Below are positions 13,483 through 25,651 of a stretch of DNA of 64,000 nt, one piece after another (within the stretch, counting starts at the first letter, position 1; every line of letters starts with the position of its first letter). The notes below the pieces were generated by a model. The model was not told where the DNA came from and did no database searches. It was given only the letters and a program-made list of their open reading frames with translations. Source of the stretch: Octopus sinensis. Its lineage: Eukaryota. The position numbers and the translations under genes are program-made. Where the stretch lies: contig NC_043005.1 of assembly GCF_006345805.1 (NCBI RefSeq), forward strand, positions 30,628,001 through 30,692,000, given 5' to 3'.

Positions 13483-14892
13483 ATGGCGACTTACGCGGGG
13501 GTCACCGGGAAAAATAATGCTTCGTCAATAATCATAAAGGATGTATTCTTTGAGAAGGATAAACTCAAAGAATATGAAAAGCTCTTCAAAAGGGAGGGTG
13601 ATAGCGTGAAGCTAATCCCCCCCGCGAAAGCAAAAGAGGACAAAGAAAGCAAGACAGTGACATACAGAACCCAAGACAAAAATACGAAGAAACTGGCAAG
13701 AGTGGAGATAGCCGAAATCGAAAAATGTCTGGGAGACATAATGGGGAAAATAACCTACGTGAGTAGAGGCAAGAAATTTGGTACGGTGGAGGTGAGATGT
13801 GCAACGGAAGAAATTGCGACCTCCTCACTGGCTACCACCGTACTAGAGCCGCGAAAAATTTACAATGTGGCCCTCATACAAGGGAAGAAGAGGGGTCCGG
13901 TTAAAATCCCGAATATACCCCCAGAAGTGAAAACAGAATGGCTGGCAACAGCTATTCTAGGAGCATCAGAAGAGGAAGTGGAGGTGGAATCCTTTAAGGA
14001 GTCCAACGCGGTAAACTGGAGAGGATATGGGGTAGAACTGTGTTTGATGGCCACAAAAGAGGACATTGAAAGGTTCCCCTACAGAATTGAAATTGAAGAT
14101 GAAAAAACCCTCAGTGTAATTGTAGAGGGAAGAAAACCAAACTGTTACTTGTGTGGGACAAGGGGGCACATTAAAAAAAAAGAGTGCCCGTTATACGAAT
14201 TCGTAGCGGAGTGCGAGCAGGAACTTGAAGAAAAGAAGAATACTGTAAATGAAAAAGAAAACATAGAAAAGGAAACAAAACAACAAGAGAAAGGAAATAA
14301 TAAGTCAATGAAGGAAAAAGAAATAAAAGAAAAAAAAGAAATAGAACCAAAACAGAGTCAGGAAAAAAAAAAGGAAAAAGAAACAACAGGAAAAAAACAA
14401 GAGAGAGATCAGAATCAAACGAAAAGAAAAGACGGCACACAAAAGGAAAAAGAAAAGGAACATAAAACACGAGAGAAAGAGAGAACAGACAAAGAACCAA
14501 AAAGACAAGAGAAGGAAGGAGAAAGAAAAGAAGGCAAAAAGAGAGAAAGAGAGAAACAAAGAGAGGGGAACAAGGAAGAAATAAGCCCGAAAAGAAAAAT
14601 GAAGGAAAACGTAGGACGGAAACAAGATTACTATTACTACAAGTTAATAACCTTCCATTTCTGCCCTGAAATGAAAGACTTGACATGGAATACGGAGGGA
14701 CATATATGGGTCGACAGGAATACCGATCAGTGGCAGGAGACTGCTCTAATCCCCGAAGAAAGAGTCGCTGAGTTCCTCAGAGCTGCCGGAGAGAGTGTAA
14801 TATTTCACACGAAGGTTCGAGTGAGAGAGCGGCCGCCTGAGGGCTCAGTGATTGACTTCAGAGAATTGAAAGCTATTATGGAATATGTATAG
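13483..14892 (+). CDS. ORF1/Gag-like nucleic-acid-binding protein (L1/Tx1-type), unit 3
   Basis: 469-aa ORF with an N-terminal RRM-like region (VKIPNIPPEV..), a knuckle (IVEGRKPNCYLCGTRGHIKKKEC; one extra Lys from a 9-A run), a K/E/R-rich linker and a ~90-aa C-terminal domain. It contains compensating frameshifts near aa 112-135 relative to units 1 and 2. Confidence 0.75.
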   Translation: MATYAGVTGKNNASSIIIKDVFFEKDKLKEYEKLFKREGDSVKLIPPAKAKEDKESKTVTYRTQDKNTKKLARVEIAEIEKCLGDIMGKITYVSRGKKFGTVEVRCATEEIATSSLATTVLEPRKIYNVALIQGKKRGPVKIPNIPPEVKTEWLATAILGASEEEVEVESFKESNAVNWRGYGVELCLMATKEDIERFPYRIEIEDEKTLSVIVEGRKPNCYLCGTRGHIKKKECPLYEFVAECEQELEEKKNTVNEKENIEKETKQQEKGNNKSMKEKEIKEKKEIEPKQSQEKKKEKETTGKKQERDQNQTKRKDGTQKEKEKEHKTREKERTDKEPKRQEKEGERKEGKKREREKQREGNKEEISPKRKMKENVGRKQDYYYYKLITFHFCPEMKDLTWNTEGHIWVDRNTDQWQETALIPEERVAEFLRAAGESVIFHTKVRVRERPPEGSVIDFRELKAIMEYV

Positions 14893-15378
14893 AATTGTGA
14901 GAAGAAAGAGAAGAAAGAAGAGAAAAAAGAAAATTTTGTGAAATATATGTGACGAAAATGTAACCTCTCGATTCCGGGGATCGAGTGGGCATTTACATCT
15001 CATTGTAAATATTCTTTCATATGTCATTTTTTACTTTTATTTTTTCCTTTTCTTGTCATTCGCTTTCTTATTTTAAGTTCCCCGATTGTATTGTCCCATC
15101 TATGTTCGCCCCTAGTGGGTAATAAAGAAATACCGATAGGATGTTACTTATTCATCGATACTCAAAACTGAACTTTCACCAACTGAATACTCGTCATGTA
15201 GTGCCTTACTGCTTTCTGCTGGATTTTACCTCGAGAAAGGAACCCTGAGGAAGGAGGGCTGAATTTCGAATACTTCGTACAACAAACGGCTGCAGGTGAG
15301 GAAAAAAAATTTAATCGCCTCTTTCAATTTAGGTTTTCATTTTCATGTTTTTATTTGTATTTCATTGTTATGTTTATA

Positions 15379-15858
15379 TTGGGTTGTCCGGAAAGTTCGT
15401 TCCGATTTTTAAGGAAAGTACATGGTCACTAAATACTCTTCCCAGAATTGGGGTGGTTTCAAGGCAAATAATTCAAGGTATCTTTTTTACGTCATCTAAG
15501 GAATTGAAATTTTCACCATTAAGACTATTCTGCAGAGACCTGAATAAGTGGAAATCCGAAGGAGTAATATCTGGTGAATATGGAGGGTGGGGTAAGTCAC
15601 CCCAGCCAAGCTGCAGCAATTTTTGTCTGGTTCCCAAAGCATCAAATGCCGATAATGAATTTTTCTCATCTTTTAATTTAAAGGGTTACAGAATTAACAC
15701 AGGTTATTGGAACATAAACCTTCTTCCACGAAAAGATAGATTAAACTGTGCTCCAAATGGAGGTGTAGTCAAATCCTATTTTATGGACTCAAACATGTTC
15801 TAAAATAAGTCGAAAGATAAGCTACTATAAATCTGCAAGAACTTTCCGGACAACCCAA
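15379..15858 (-). mobile_element. internally deleted mariner element
   Basis: TIRs TTGGGTTGTCCGGAAAGTTC / GAACTTTCCGGACAACCCAA with TA on both sides. Minus strand encodes QKLLQLGWGDLPHPPYSPDITPSDFHLFRSLQNSL. Confidence 0.92.
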
Positions 15859-16260
15859 TATTTCTATATTTTTATCATGAAATTCTTAATATAAATATGT
15901 GGATATTCGTATGGAATAATACCTCATGTGCTACATCTGAATTTTCTTGTCTGAATGTTTTAAGACAAATATCCGAAATTTTTATCGTATACCACATTTT
16001 ATTAATACTTAGCTCATATACGGAGACAAAAATGTTGTACTATATACTGCTGCAGTTATCTCCATTAAAATTATATTTAGCATTAGAATTCTTCAAGTAG
16101 TATAAAAATGGTTATTGTCTGCATCATTCAAAAGCGAAATAATTTTGCATAAGGTGTAAAAGATAAAAAATAATTTGTATGGTGTTAGTAACAAAATATT
16201 TTGTAAGAAATAGAACTTTTATCGTCTGTCTTAAATATATTTTCGCCAGTGTATATATCT

Positions 16261-17345
16261 CAGGTCATCCCATAAGTTCTGTCTGAATTTTGGATAAAGA
16301 ATACAAGTGATCAAATGTTATATTTAATTGAAAGTTAATCATCAATGTACTTTCCCTAATTATCTATGACTTACCTCCATCTATTTACAAGCTTTTTAAT
16401 CCCATCAACGTAAAACTCTTTTGGTTTGAAAGCGAAGAACTCTGAAATGTCAGGTTCGACCTCCCCCTGGCTTGCGAAAGTTGTATCCCCCTACTAATTC
16501 TGTAAACTATGAAACAAATGGTATCCTGAAGGAGTAAGGTCGGGAGAATAAGTTGGATGAAGAAATTTTTCCAAACCGACCCCCTCGATCTTCTGTGATG
16601 TGATCTTTGCAGTGTGGGGTTGCGCATTGTCCTGATGAAACATCACTCGTTTTCGACTCACTAAGCGGCTCTTTTTTCCTTCAAAGCTTGGTTCAAACGC
16701 TCTAATTGCTGACAGTAGACTTGAGCATTGATTGTTGCATTAGGTGGTAACAATATAAAGTGAATTACGCCTTTGCAATCGCACCAGATAGAGAGTAGAA
16801 CCTTTTCCCCATGAAGTTCCCTTCTCGGTTGTGGTTGAGAATTTTCCCTTTTACCAAGCCACTGTTTACGACGTCTAACATTTCGATAGAAAATCCATTT
16901 TTCATCACAAGTCTATCGAAAAAGGGTGAAATGAGTTTGCGAGAATGGAGAGAAGAGCAGATGCCAACTCGGGATTTGCGGTTGCTTTCGGACAATACAT
17001 AAGGCACCTATTTTCCAAGTTTAGGAACCTTTCCACGTTGTTGAAGATGACGATGAACTGTTGTATGGTTTGAAGTAAGCTTTATTGTCAATTCTTCAAC
17101 TGATAATGACGGATTTTCTTCAAGTAATGCCTCAAGGAGCTTGTCAAACTCAACTGGACATCCTGTTCGATATTCATCTTCAATTTTGCAGACGATCTCC
17201 TGCAAGTTCTTTCATTCGAGCACTTTGCTATAAACTGAGTGTATGTTTCGAGTCACTTCGGCATCAGAGTTACCTTTATTGTACTCATAAAGAATTATAT
17301 GTGCCTTAAATGCTCCTTGGATACTTCCATGTTGAAAGGGTTTTA
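16261..17345 (-). mobile_element. degenerate mariner transposase element
   Basis: Minus-strand fragments: HTH (LLEALLEENPSLSVEEL..TVHRHL), FFDRLV, HQDNAQPHTAKIT and a HPTYSPD-like motif. Many stops and frameshifts. Confidence 0.85.
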
Positions 17346-17358
17346 ATCAAAGCAATTT

Positions 17359-18658
17359 TAGGGTGTCCACGAAGTCTGGGTTTATGGAATAAAATCATAA
17401 CATAAACAAATAAATATAAGAAATAATAATTTTCCTTTTTTACTTTTGTTTAAATTAAATTTTAAAAATACTTTACTTTTCTAAATTTATTTGTTATTTT
17501 TTCTACAGATGATCGAATGATGGCTCTGTCTAAAGAAGAAAGAATCCCAGATCGAATGATGAATCTGTCTAAAGAAGAAAGAATCGAGTTAGTATTATTA
17601 AGTGGACGAGAGGGATGGTCTTATCGCAAAATTGCGGAAGAATTTAATCTTCCACACCCTTGTAGGCAACCTATTTATTTTACTGCCGTCAGGAAATTGA
17701 TCAAGAAATTTAAAGAAACAGGCAGTGTTTCGGATAAACCCCGTTCCGGGCGACCAAAGACTTCAGATGAAACTAAAGAGGCTGTCGAGGCTAAAGTTTC
17801 TGCTAGCTACCCCCAAAAATCACTTCGTCGGACATCTACGGTGTTAGGTGTTCCAAAACCAACCATCCACAAAATGCTGGTTGAGGAAAAGTTTCATCGA
17901 TACAACCTACAGATATTGCATCACTTAAATTAAGACGATCCTGATAGACGAATAAATATCAATTTTACGAAAATCTTTGTGTTGTTCAGTGACAAAGCTA
18001 CGTTTTATGTAAATGGTGAGGTCAACAGACAGAATCTTCTATACTGGTCTCGAGGTAATCCACATTGGATGGATCTATCCAAACAGCAAGACAGCAAAAA
18101 GGTGATGGTGTGGTGTGGTTTTTGGAAAGCTCATGTTCTAGGACCCTTCTTCATTGAACATGTAACGGATGAGACTTATGCAAATATATTGAGAGACAAA
18201 TTAATATCTTAAATTGAGCGCCTAGGCGAGGACCTTCCGAATTGGTTTCAGCAGGATGGGGCCCCTACCCATTTTGCCACAACTGTTAGAGATTGATTTA
18301 ATGACACTTTTCCTCCTCACTAGATTGGAAGAAGGGGTCATATGGAATGGTCCCTTCGTTCACCAGACCTTTCTCCCCTTGATTTCTTTTTCTGTGGTAT
18401 GTTGAAAAAGAAAGTTTACTCAATAAAGATTACAGATTTAAAACACATGAGAGAACGCATTACCAGTCAGTGTGCTTAAATTGATGGCAATGTAGACTTA
18501 TTTAATCAAGTTCACCTGAATTTTGCAAGGCGCATCAAGTTATGCATTGAAAATGATGGAAATCACTTTGAAAATATTATTTATTATAATTAAATAAAAT
18601 TGATTTGTTTTAAAAGTATGTGTTAATTCCCATGTACGCAGACTTTGTGGACACCGTC
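17359..18658 (+). mobile_element. Tc1/mariner-superfamily DD41D (rosa/visitor-type) transposon, pseudogenised
   Basis: ~30-bp imperfect TIRs (AGGGTGTCCACGAAGTCTGGG.. / ..CAGACTTTGTGGACACC). N-terminal HTH ORF 17517-17933, LFSDKATF, then FQQDGAPTH..RSPDLSPLDFF with 41 codons between the second and third Asp by hand count. In-frame stops. Confidence 0.88.
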
Positions 18659-19509
18659 TATTATTTTGTAAAACAATATTGAATTAATTTAAACGTACAC
18701 AAATGCATAAAAATAATTTTTAATTGAATTAGACATTTGCAAATACTATTAAATTTCATTCAACTCTAAAAAACAGGTAAAATTGGACAGAACTGACTGG
18801 ATGACTTGATATATATAATCTATGATATTCTAGTAAGTTTCAAGTTTATAACACCTTGATATCTCATGTTATCTCATTTTATATGCCTAAGACGTTTATT
18901 TTCTATTCTGGTTTTTATATATTTCTATACATTATATTTGTATCTATAATTTATTTTAAGACGAAACATAATACGATCCTTGTACGAATGAAAGAACAAG
19001 AATGTCCTCTGGAACGTTTATCTTCCACCGGCGTTTGTAATCGATGGTGACATGTGCGATGATTTTGCGACTATCTTATATTTTACAGAGAAATTGGAAG
19101 CCCCGAATGTAAGTCAGCGCTTTATGCATAATTCAATATTCATAGTTCTGTCCTCAATAACTATAGATCTATTTCTAAATGTATTTCTTTTTCTTTTCCT
19201 TCATGCACTCCCGTCTGTCTCTTGACAAAGCTTTCTTTCTCCAGCGTTCACCACGTCACCTCGTTAGGGTTAAACAGCCCTTAGTGAAAATTTTGACTGT
19301 CCTGATTTTGTTAGCAGCTTTGACGTGCCACGTATCTCAAATTTTATCTAATTTGGTTTGGGGGAGCAATTGCTTTGACGAAGACACATCTTGTTGCAAT
19401 GCGGAGCAAGTAAAATTGCCAACATCTGAGGAAGAGTTGTTTGTTTTTTATATTTTGCCTTCACGCTATAGTTCTCTATGTAATTAAGATTCTTCTTCCT
19501 CTCCTTCAA

Positions 19510-19553
19510 AAGCCAAGCCAAGCCAAGCCAAGCCAAGCCAAGCCAAGCCAAGC
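19510..19553. repeat. (AGCCA)n pentanucleotide repeat
   Basis: About 8 perfect units. Confidence 0.9.
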
Positions 19554-19629
19554 CTCCTGTTTATAGTGGTAAGAACAGAGCCATAGCGCTCACTGTGGTC
19601 TCGTAGCCGTGGACCACAGTGAGCCCAAT

Positions 19630-19770
19630 GGCGCCCAGAGCCCAGCTCAACACACTCCTTATACCCTAAGTAAGTCATGTGTAAAATTTGAATGAAATTG
19701 GTTGTGTAATTCTCAAGTTTTAGGGAAACACACAGACAGACAGACACACATTCTCAGATACATAAAAGAA
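19630..19770 (-). mobile_element. 5' part of a non-autonomous Helitron-like element
   Basis: Minus strand begins TCTTTTATGTATCTGAGAATGTGTGTCTGTCTGTC, resembling the 5' ends of the other Helitron-like copies here. Confidence 0.45.
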
Positions 19771-20248
19771 TGAGAGTGGGTGATGTTTTGTTTGTTGGAC
19801 CAATGTATTAAGGTAGTATTGTTTTATTGTTTTAAAACGAAAGAGGCAATGTGTTCGTTTCAAAAATAAAAAATACAAACGTCCGCCAATGGGAAGACAG
19901 TTCATATTCGATTAGAGCACTCTGGGTATAATCATAAAAGTGAAAAATGGAATTTTTAGGCAAATCAAACAGTGAAAAACCAAAAGCAAAAACATTAAAA
20001 AAAAATATAATATAGAAAATATAAAATTGAAAAATTTAAATTAAATTGAAAATAAAAATTATTAAATTATATTTATAATTTGTTTAAAAATATATATAAC
20101 TATGAGAAAGATATATACACTTTGTATATATACATTATATATACATATTTATATATAGAACACACACACACATACATTATATATACATATTTATATATAG
20201 AACACACACACACACACACATACATTATATATACATATTCATATATAG

Positions 20249-20284
<36 letters not shown>

Positions 20285-20657
20285 TATAAATGAACGCAAG
20301 AATATCTGATTCATAATATTTGTTCTCATGCTCGTGTGTTGTTGGTGACAGACAGATACGTAAAAGAACGTCGATGTAATGGGAAGGTAAGAAACAGAGT
20401 GAGTGAAAAAGAGAGGAAATAGCGAGAGTGACAGATACTTTAAATAACGGTAGTGGAACTATCAAAGTTATATATAAAGGGGAGTGAGAGGGTACTGGAG
20501 GAAATAGCGTGAGTGAGGAAGATGGCCCCTAGCAACCACACCTTTTAAGATAGGGATTTCTAAGGTAGCCCACAAGCTTCGTCACCTATTTCTACATGTC
20601 CCTGTAAATTTTGGAGCGAATCGGACGGGACGTAGTGGCATTGAAAGCGATCCAAGC

Positions 20658-20693
<36 letters not shown>

Positions 20694-20696
<3 letters not shown>

Positions 20697-21300
20697 TATT
20701 ATAAAAGGCAGATTTTATCTGCCTCCCTTTGGGAGTTATACATCTACAATATAGGATTACTTCAATTACAATTTACCTAGCATTTTTAAGAGTAGAATGC
20801 ATCGCGTCATGCCAGGTCCAGTTTTTAAAATTTAAACTCCAATTAAGCAAAATTTACAGAAAACTCACATTCTGGTGTGTGTGTCAAATGCTTTTCTTAG
20901 TCTGGTTTACACCACACGCAAACGCACACACACAGTGTGCAACGAATAAAATGAAAGTAAATAGCGACAGAGTGATTTGAGGAAGACTAAACTGAAAGTA
21001 TTTAAACCACTACTCAAAAAATAACAAAAACACAGCAAACAGAAACAAATAAATACATAACGATTTACTCCTCACACAATTTCTTCAATTAGAATTTACC
21101 TAAGATTTTTCAAAGTACTCCATTCGCTCATGCCATAATATATTTCTTTCAATTTCACCCCCAATTAAGACAAAATTCGAGAAAACTCAATATTTTAACA
21201 TTTCACTCCGAAAGCATTGATGTACATGTGTGCGTGCGTAAGTGTGTGTGTGTCATTCCTCACACACACGCATACACATACATATACAACTACATACAAC
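20694..21300 (+). mobile_element. Helitron-like family B copy
   Basis: Starts A|TCTTATTATAAAAGGCAGATTTTATCTGCCTCCC and is collinear with 23714 onward. 3' boundary approximate. Confidence 0.65.
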
Positions 21301-21889
21301 TACATACAAACACGTGTGTGTTTGTTATTAAAAAAGGCGCCAAAATACGACTCACTTATCATTCCAACACATTTGCAAAGACACACGGACGGACAGAAAA
21401 GGTAAATTGGTTTTTATTTTACTCTGTATATATTTTATTATATAATATTATATATAGATATATGTATATATAATTGCAGTATGAAACAGTGTTTATGTAT
21501 AAACAGACGACACTTATATATAGTTATTATAATAAGAGATTAATAATGTATGCATCCGTTTAACCTTTCGTTACCAAGCCGCCCGAATTTACCTATTCAT
21601 ATTTAAATGAGAATATCAGAGCAAATCTCTTTAGTACATTCGTGAAAACACGTATTATACTTCGTAAACACTTCAACTACAGTTTTGTACAAAAATCGAA
21701 GTGTAATTTTAATTCCGTGAATTATGGGAGATTTTTTTCCGAAATTTGTTCCTATTGTGTTTTCAAAATTTGTAATTCTGACAAAAAATGGATACGAATT
21801 TCATTATATCAAGCAGCGAGTCAGAATTCGAAGGATTTTCTACTGAAGACCTTCATAAATCTAACTCTATGACTGAAAAAAAAAAAGCA

Positions 21890-22283
21890 TCTTTATATAA
21901 GAGTGAAGTTGTGTGTCTGTCTACTACGATTTAGATTCCTAACTACTCCCACATTTTGCGGTGCAGTTTAACCAAAACCGGGTATCTTATAGTCGTGATT
22001 CATATCGAGCCCTTCTGGGTATTAGCGTGCGTCTACGATGAGTCTACGATTTAAAAAAAATTTACCATCATATTTTTCCATTTTAATGCATTTTTTTCGC
22101 TTTTATATAAGGGAAGTAACTCTCTAAAAATATCTACGATGTGTCAACGATTTAAAAAAAATTTACCTTAATTTTTTTTCAATTTTTAATGCATCTTTTT
22201 GCTATTTTTTGGCTATAACTCTCTAAAAATGCTTATATAGTTATTTCCCTTACAACCCGAGCAACGCCGGGCGATACTGCTAG
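21890..22283 (+). mobile_element. non-autonomous Helitron family A
   Basis: 5' A|TC; 3' CCCGAGCAACGCCGGG hairpin followed by CTAG|T; no TSD. Confidence 0.85.
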
Positions 22284-22385
22284 TCTCTTATTATAAAAGG
22301 CAGATTTTATCTGCCTCCCTTTGTCTCTTATAGAAATCTACAATATAGGATTTCTTCAATTACAATTTACCTAGCATTCCTTCAA
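22284..22385 (+). mobile_element. truncated Helitron-like family B 5' end
   Basis: TCTCTTATTATAAAAGGCAG.. immediately follows the CTAG of the family A copy. Confidence 0.65.
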
Positions 22386-22628
22386 GAGAATGAAGTCAAA
22401 AATACATACACACACACATACATACACACACACACATACATACATACACACATACATACATACATATACATACATACATATACATACATACATACACACA
22501 CACACATACACACACACACAGTATTGAAGCTTGAGAACAATCAGATACATTTGCAACACATCTGTTGAAAATATTATTGTTCACACACATACATATACAT
22601 ATATACATACAGACAGACAGACAGATAG

Positions 22629-22659
<31 letters not shown>

Positions 22660-22734
22660 ATCCAGCATGGCCACAACCTCAAGGCTGAAACATATAAAAG
22701 AATAACAGAATATAATGTGTGCAAAGTACAAGAA

Positions 22735-23050
22735 ATATTAATGCAGTATATGGGGATTGGACAATAAGCGTAAGGCAGTGTCAATGGTGGTTTAAACTAC
22801 AGCCTAGAAGACGAGCCTCATCCTGAAAGATCTGTAGAACTCGACAAGGACATCCTGAAAACCCTGGTGGAACAAAATCTCATCGTAACTGTTGAGGAAC
22901 TAGCAGAGAAGCTTGGATTTGGTCATTCAACCATTCATTGAGACCTGTGTGCTATCGGAAAAGTCAGCAAATTGGGTCAATGGGTTCCTCACGAACTTTC
23001 CGAGTCTAATTGCATGCAGAGAGTGAATGTATGCTTTTCTTTGCTGTCAC
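22735..23050 (+). pseudogene. mariner transposase N-terminal fragment
   Basis: SLEDEPHPERSVELDKDILKTLVEQN..TVEELAEKLG..GKVSKLGQWVPHELS (WVPHEL motif), with one in-frame stop. Confidence 0.85.
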
Positions 23051-23076
23051 ATCTCACCACTACTGCGCTATGTATA

Positions 23077-23713
23077 TCTATATATATAAAACTGTAGTTG
23101 TGTGAGTGTCTGTCCCCTTCAATTTAGATTCCTAACTACTCCCACATTTTGCGGTGCAGTTTAACCAAATTCGGGTAGCTTATAGTCGTGATTCATATCG
23201 AGCCCGTCTGAATATTAGCGCGCGTCTACGATGAGTCTACGATTTTAAAAATAATTTAACATCATTTTTTATTCCATTTTAATGCATAATTTTTCGTGTG
23301 TCGATGTCGGCGGAGTTGGCGTCCACGCTCACACCTGCACCTATGGGGAAGGGAGTGTAAGGAAATCAACGTCGTAATGCGTTGTCAAGGAGACCAGTGT
23401 TCTTTTAGAACAACGACTTCATGGCTTGAAGACACCAAAACAGAAATGGCTAAGAAAGCGTCTACATGAGTCTACGATTTAAAAAAAAATTTACCATCGT
23501 TTTTTTTCCATTTTAATGCATTTTTTCGCTATTATATAAGGGAAGTAACTCTCTAAAAATGTCTACGATGAGTCAACGATTTAAAAAAAAATTTACCATC
23601 ATATTTTTTCCATTTTTAATGCATTTTTTGCTATTTTTTTGCTATAACTCTCTAAAAATGCTTATATAGTTATTTCCCTTACAAACCCGAGCAACGCCGG
23701 GCGATACTGCTAG
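23077..23713 (+). mobile_element. non-autonomous Helitron family A
   Basis: 5' A|TC; same body as 21890-22283 plus an internal insert; 3' hairpin and CTAG. Confidence 0.85.
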
Positions 23714-24800
23714 TCTTATTATAAAAGGCAGATTTTATCTGCCTCCCTTTGTCTCTTATAGAAATCTACAATATAGGATTTCTTCAATTACAATTTACCT
23801 AGCATTTTTAAGAATAGAATGCATCGGGTCATGCCAGGTCCAGTTTTTAAAATTTCAACCCCAATTAAGCAAAATTTAGAGAAAACCCACATTGTGGTGT
23901 GTAAGTCAAGTGCTTTTCTTATTGTGGGCTAGAGCACACGCACACACACAAAAACGGAGCGATCTGATTCACTCACGCTATCACTCTAATTTCTACTCCT
24001 TTCTCTTTGCAAGTGTGCAACGATTAAAGTGAAACTATTTCTATAAAACGGGAGAAGTGTACCTTAAACCACTACTAAAAAAAAAACACAGCAAACAGAA
24101 ACAAAAAAAATACATAATGATTTACTCCTCACACAATTTCTTCAATTAGAGTTTACCCATGATTTTTCAAAGTACTTCCATTGGGTCATGCCATACAAAA
24201 TTTCTTTCAATATTACCCCCAATTAAGACAAAATTCGAGAAAACTCAATATTTTAACATTTCACTCTGCATATTACTCCCACTTCCTCTTTACACACATA
24301 GACACGCAAATATATAAATAAAATTGTAAGCTAACGTGTGTGTGTGTGTGTGTGTTGTGTGTGCGTGTATGTGAGTGTGTGTGTGTGTGTGCGTCTGTGT
24401 GTGTGTGAGGGTGCGTGTGTGTCTGTGTGTGTGTGTGCGTGTGTGTGAGTGTGTGACAGGGATGAGCAAGTCAAACTGGTCATCCTTTTTGCTAGATCAC
24501 CTAACATCTAAAGTTATCTCTAAGTAGCAGTCGCCCAAAAGTGTATATAGACACACACATGTATGTATAATGTGTGTGTATATATTTCCATAGAGGTAAC
24601 CATTCACTCCATACAAAGTTATTTAGGACGAATTGGACGAATATAAGATCTAAAGTATATCCAAGTAGCAGAAAGATCGCCCAAAAGTGTATATAGATAT
24701 TTAAATGTATTTATATATTCATCTATACACACATGTATGTATAATGTGTGTGTATATATTTCCATAGAGGTAACCATTCACTCCGCACAAAGTTTTTTAG
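23714..24800 (+). mobile_element. Helitron-like family B copy
   Basis: Begins TCTTATTATAAAAGGCAG directly after CTAG; collinear with 20694-21300. 3' boundary approximate. Confidence 0.65.
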
Positions 24801-24812
24801 GACGGACGAAAA

Positions 24813-25651
24813 TCTTTATATATAAGGTTGTGTGTCTGTCTACTCCGATTTAGATTCCTAACTACTCCCACATTTTGCGATGCAGTTTAACCAAAACCGG
24901 GTATCTTATAGTCGTGATTCATATCGAGCCCTTCTGGGTATTAGCGCGCGTCTATGATGAGTCTACGATTTTAAAAATAATTTACCATCATTTTTTCCAT
25001 TTTAATGCATATTTTTTTTAATAAAGGGAAGTAACACTCAAACTTCACACCAATATGCGTGCTCATATGCGACGTAATATCACATCAGCAGCATTTCCTC
25101 ACACCCCCCTTGCACTTGGCGAAGGCAAAATACCAGGGTATGAAAATGGTAATATTGCCATCGATTCCATTTGTACCATTGTTAAGACGCCTCCTGATCT
25201 CAGAGATGCAGTGTTCCCAGATCTACAAGCTAATTATCAGAATATGGATTGGATTGGCAAAAAGGCTATACTGGCCCCGAGGAATAAAACTGTTCACCAT
25301 ATTAATGATGAAATGCTAAAACTCATTCCTGGGGAAGTCTATGTATATCAGTCTATCGATACAACTCCTGACCCAGAGGACGTCATCAACTATCCAATAG
25401 ATATACTCAATTCCTTTGAGCACCCCGGACTACCACCACACTTTCTCAAACTTAAAGTTGGTGCCCCTATAATGCTCATCAGAAATTTGGTTCCCCCAAA
25501 ACAATGCAATGGCACACGTTTGATCGTTAAGTCCTTATCTCCCACCGTAAACTTATATCAATATTTGCCTGAATAATCATCATAATTCAGTGCAATCATT
25601 AACAGTACTTTCAAGCAATTCAGCCCCGAGCAACGCCGGGCAATTCTGCTA

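Larger units (their letters stand above)
9774..15132 (+). mobile_element. head-to-tail trimer of a ~1.78-kb ORF1-only (HAL1-like) non-LTR retroelement
   Basis: Units start at CACGTGTCGGAAATC (9793, 11562, 13344) and end ..GCCCCT(T/A)GTGGGTA plus an A-rich tail. The whole array is flanked by CCGATAGGA (9765-9773 and 15133-15141). No RT or endonuclease coding sequence in the unit. Confidence 0.85.

Noticed and set aside
10740-14686. Phe/Leu/Ser-rich minus-strand ORFs resembling membrane proteins
   Set aside because: They are antisense shadows of the purine-rich K/E linker of the ORF1-like gene.
15245-15285. Hammerhead-like CTGAGGA..GAATAC..GTA next to the trimer
   Set aside because: The core is GAAT rather than GAAA, stem II and stem I do not pair; at most a decayed remnant.
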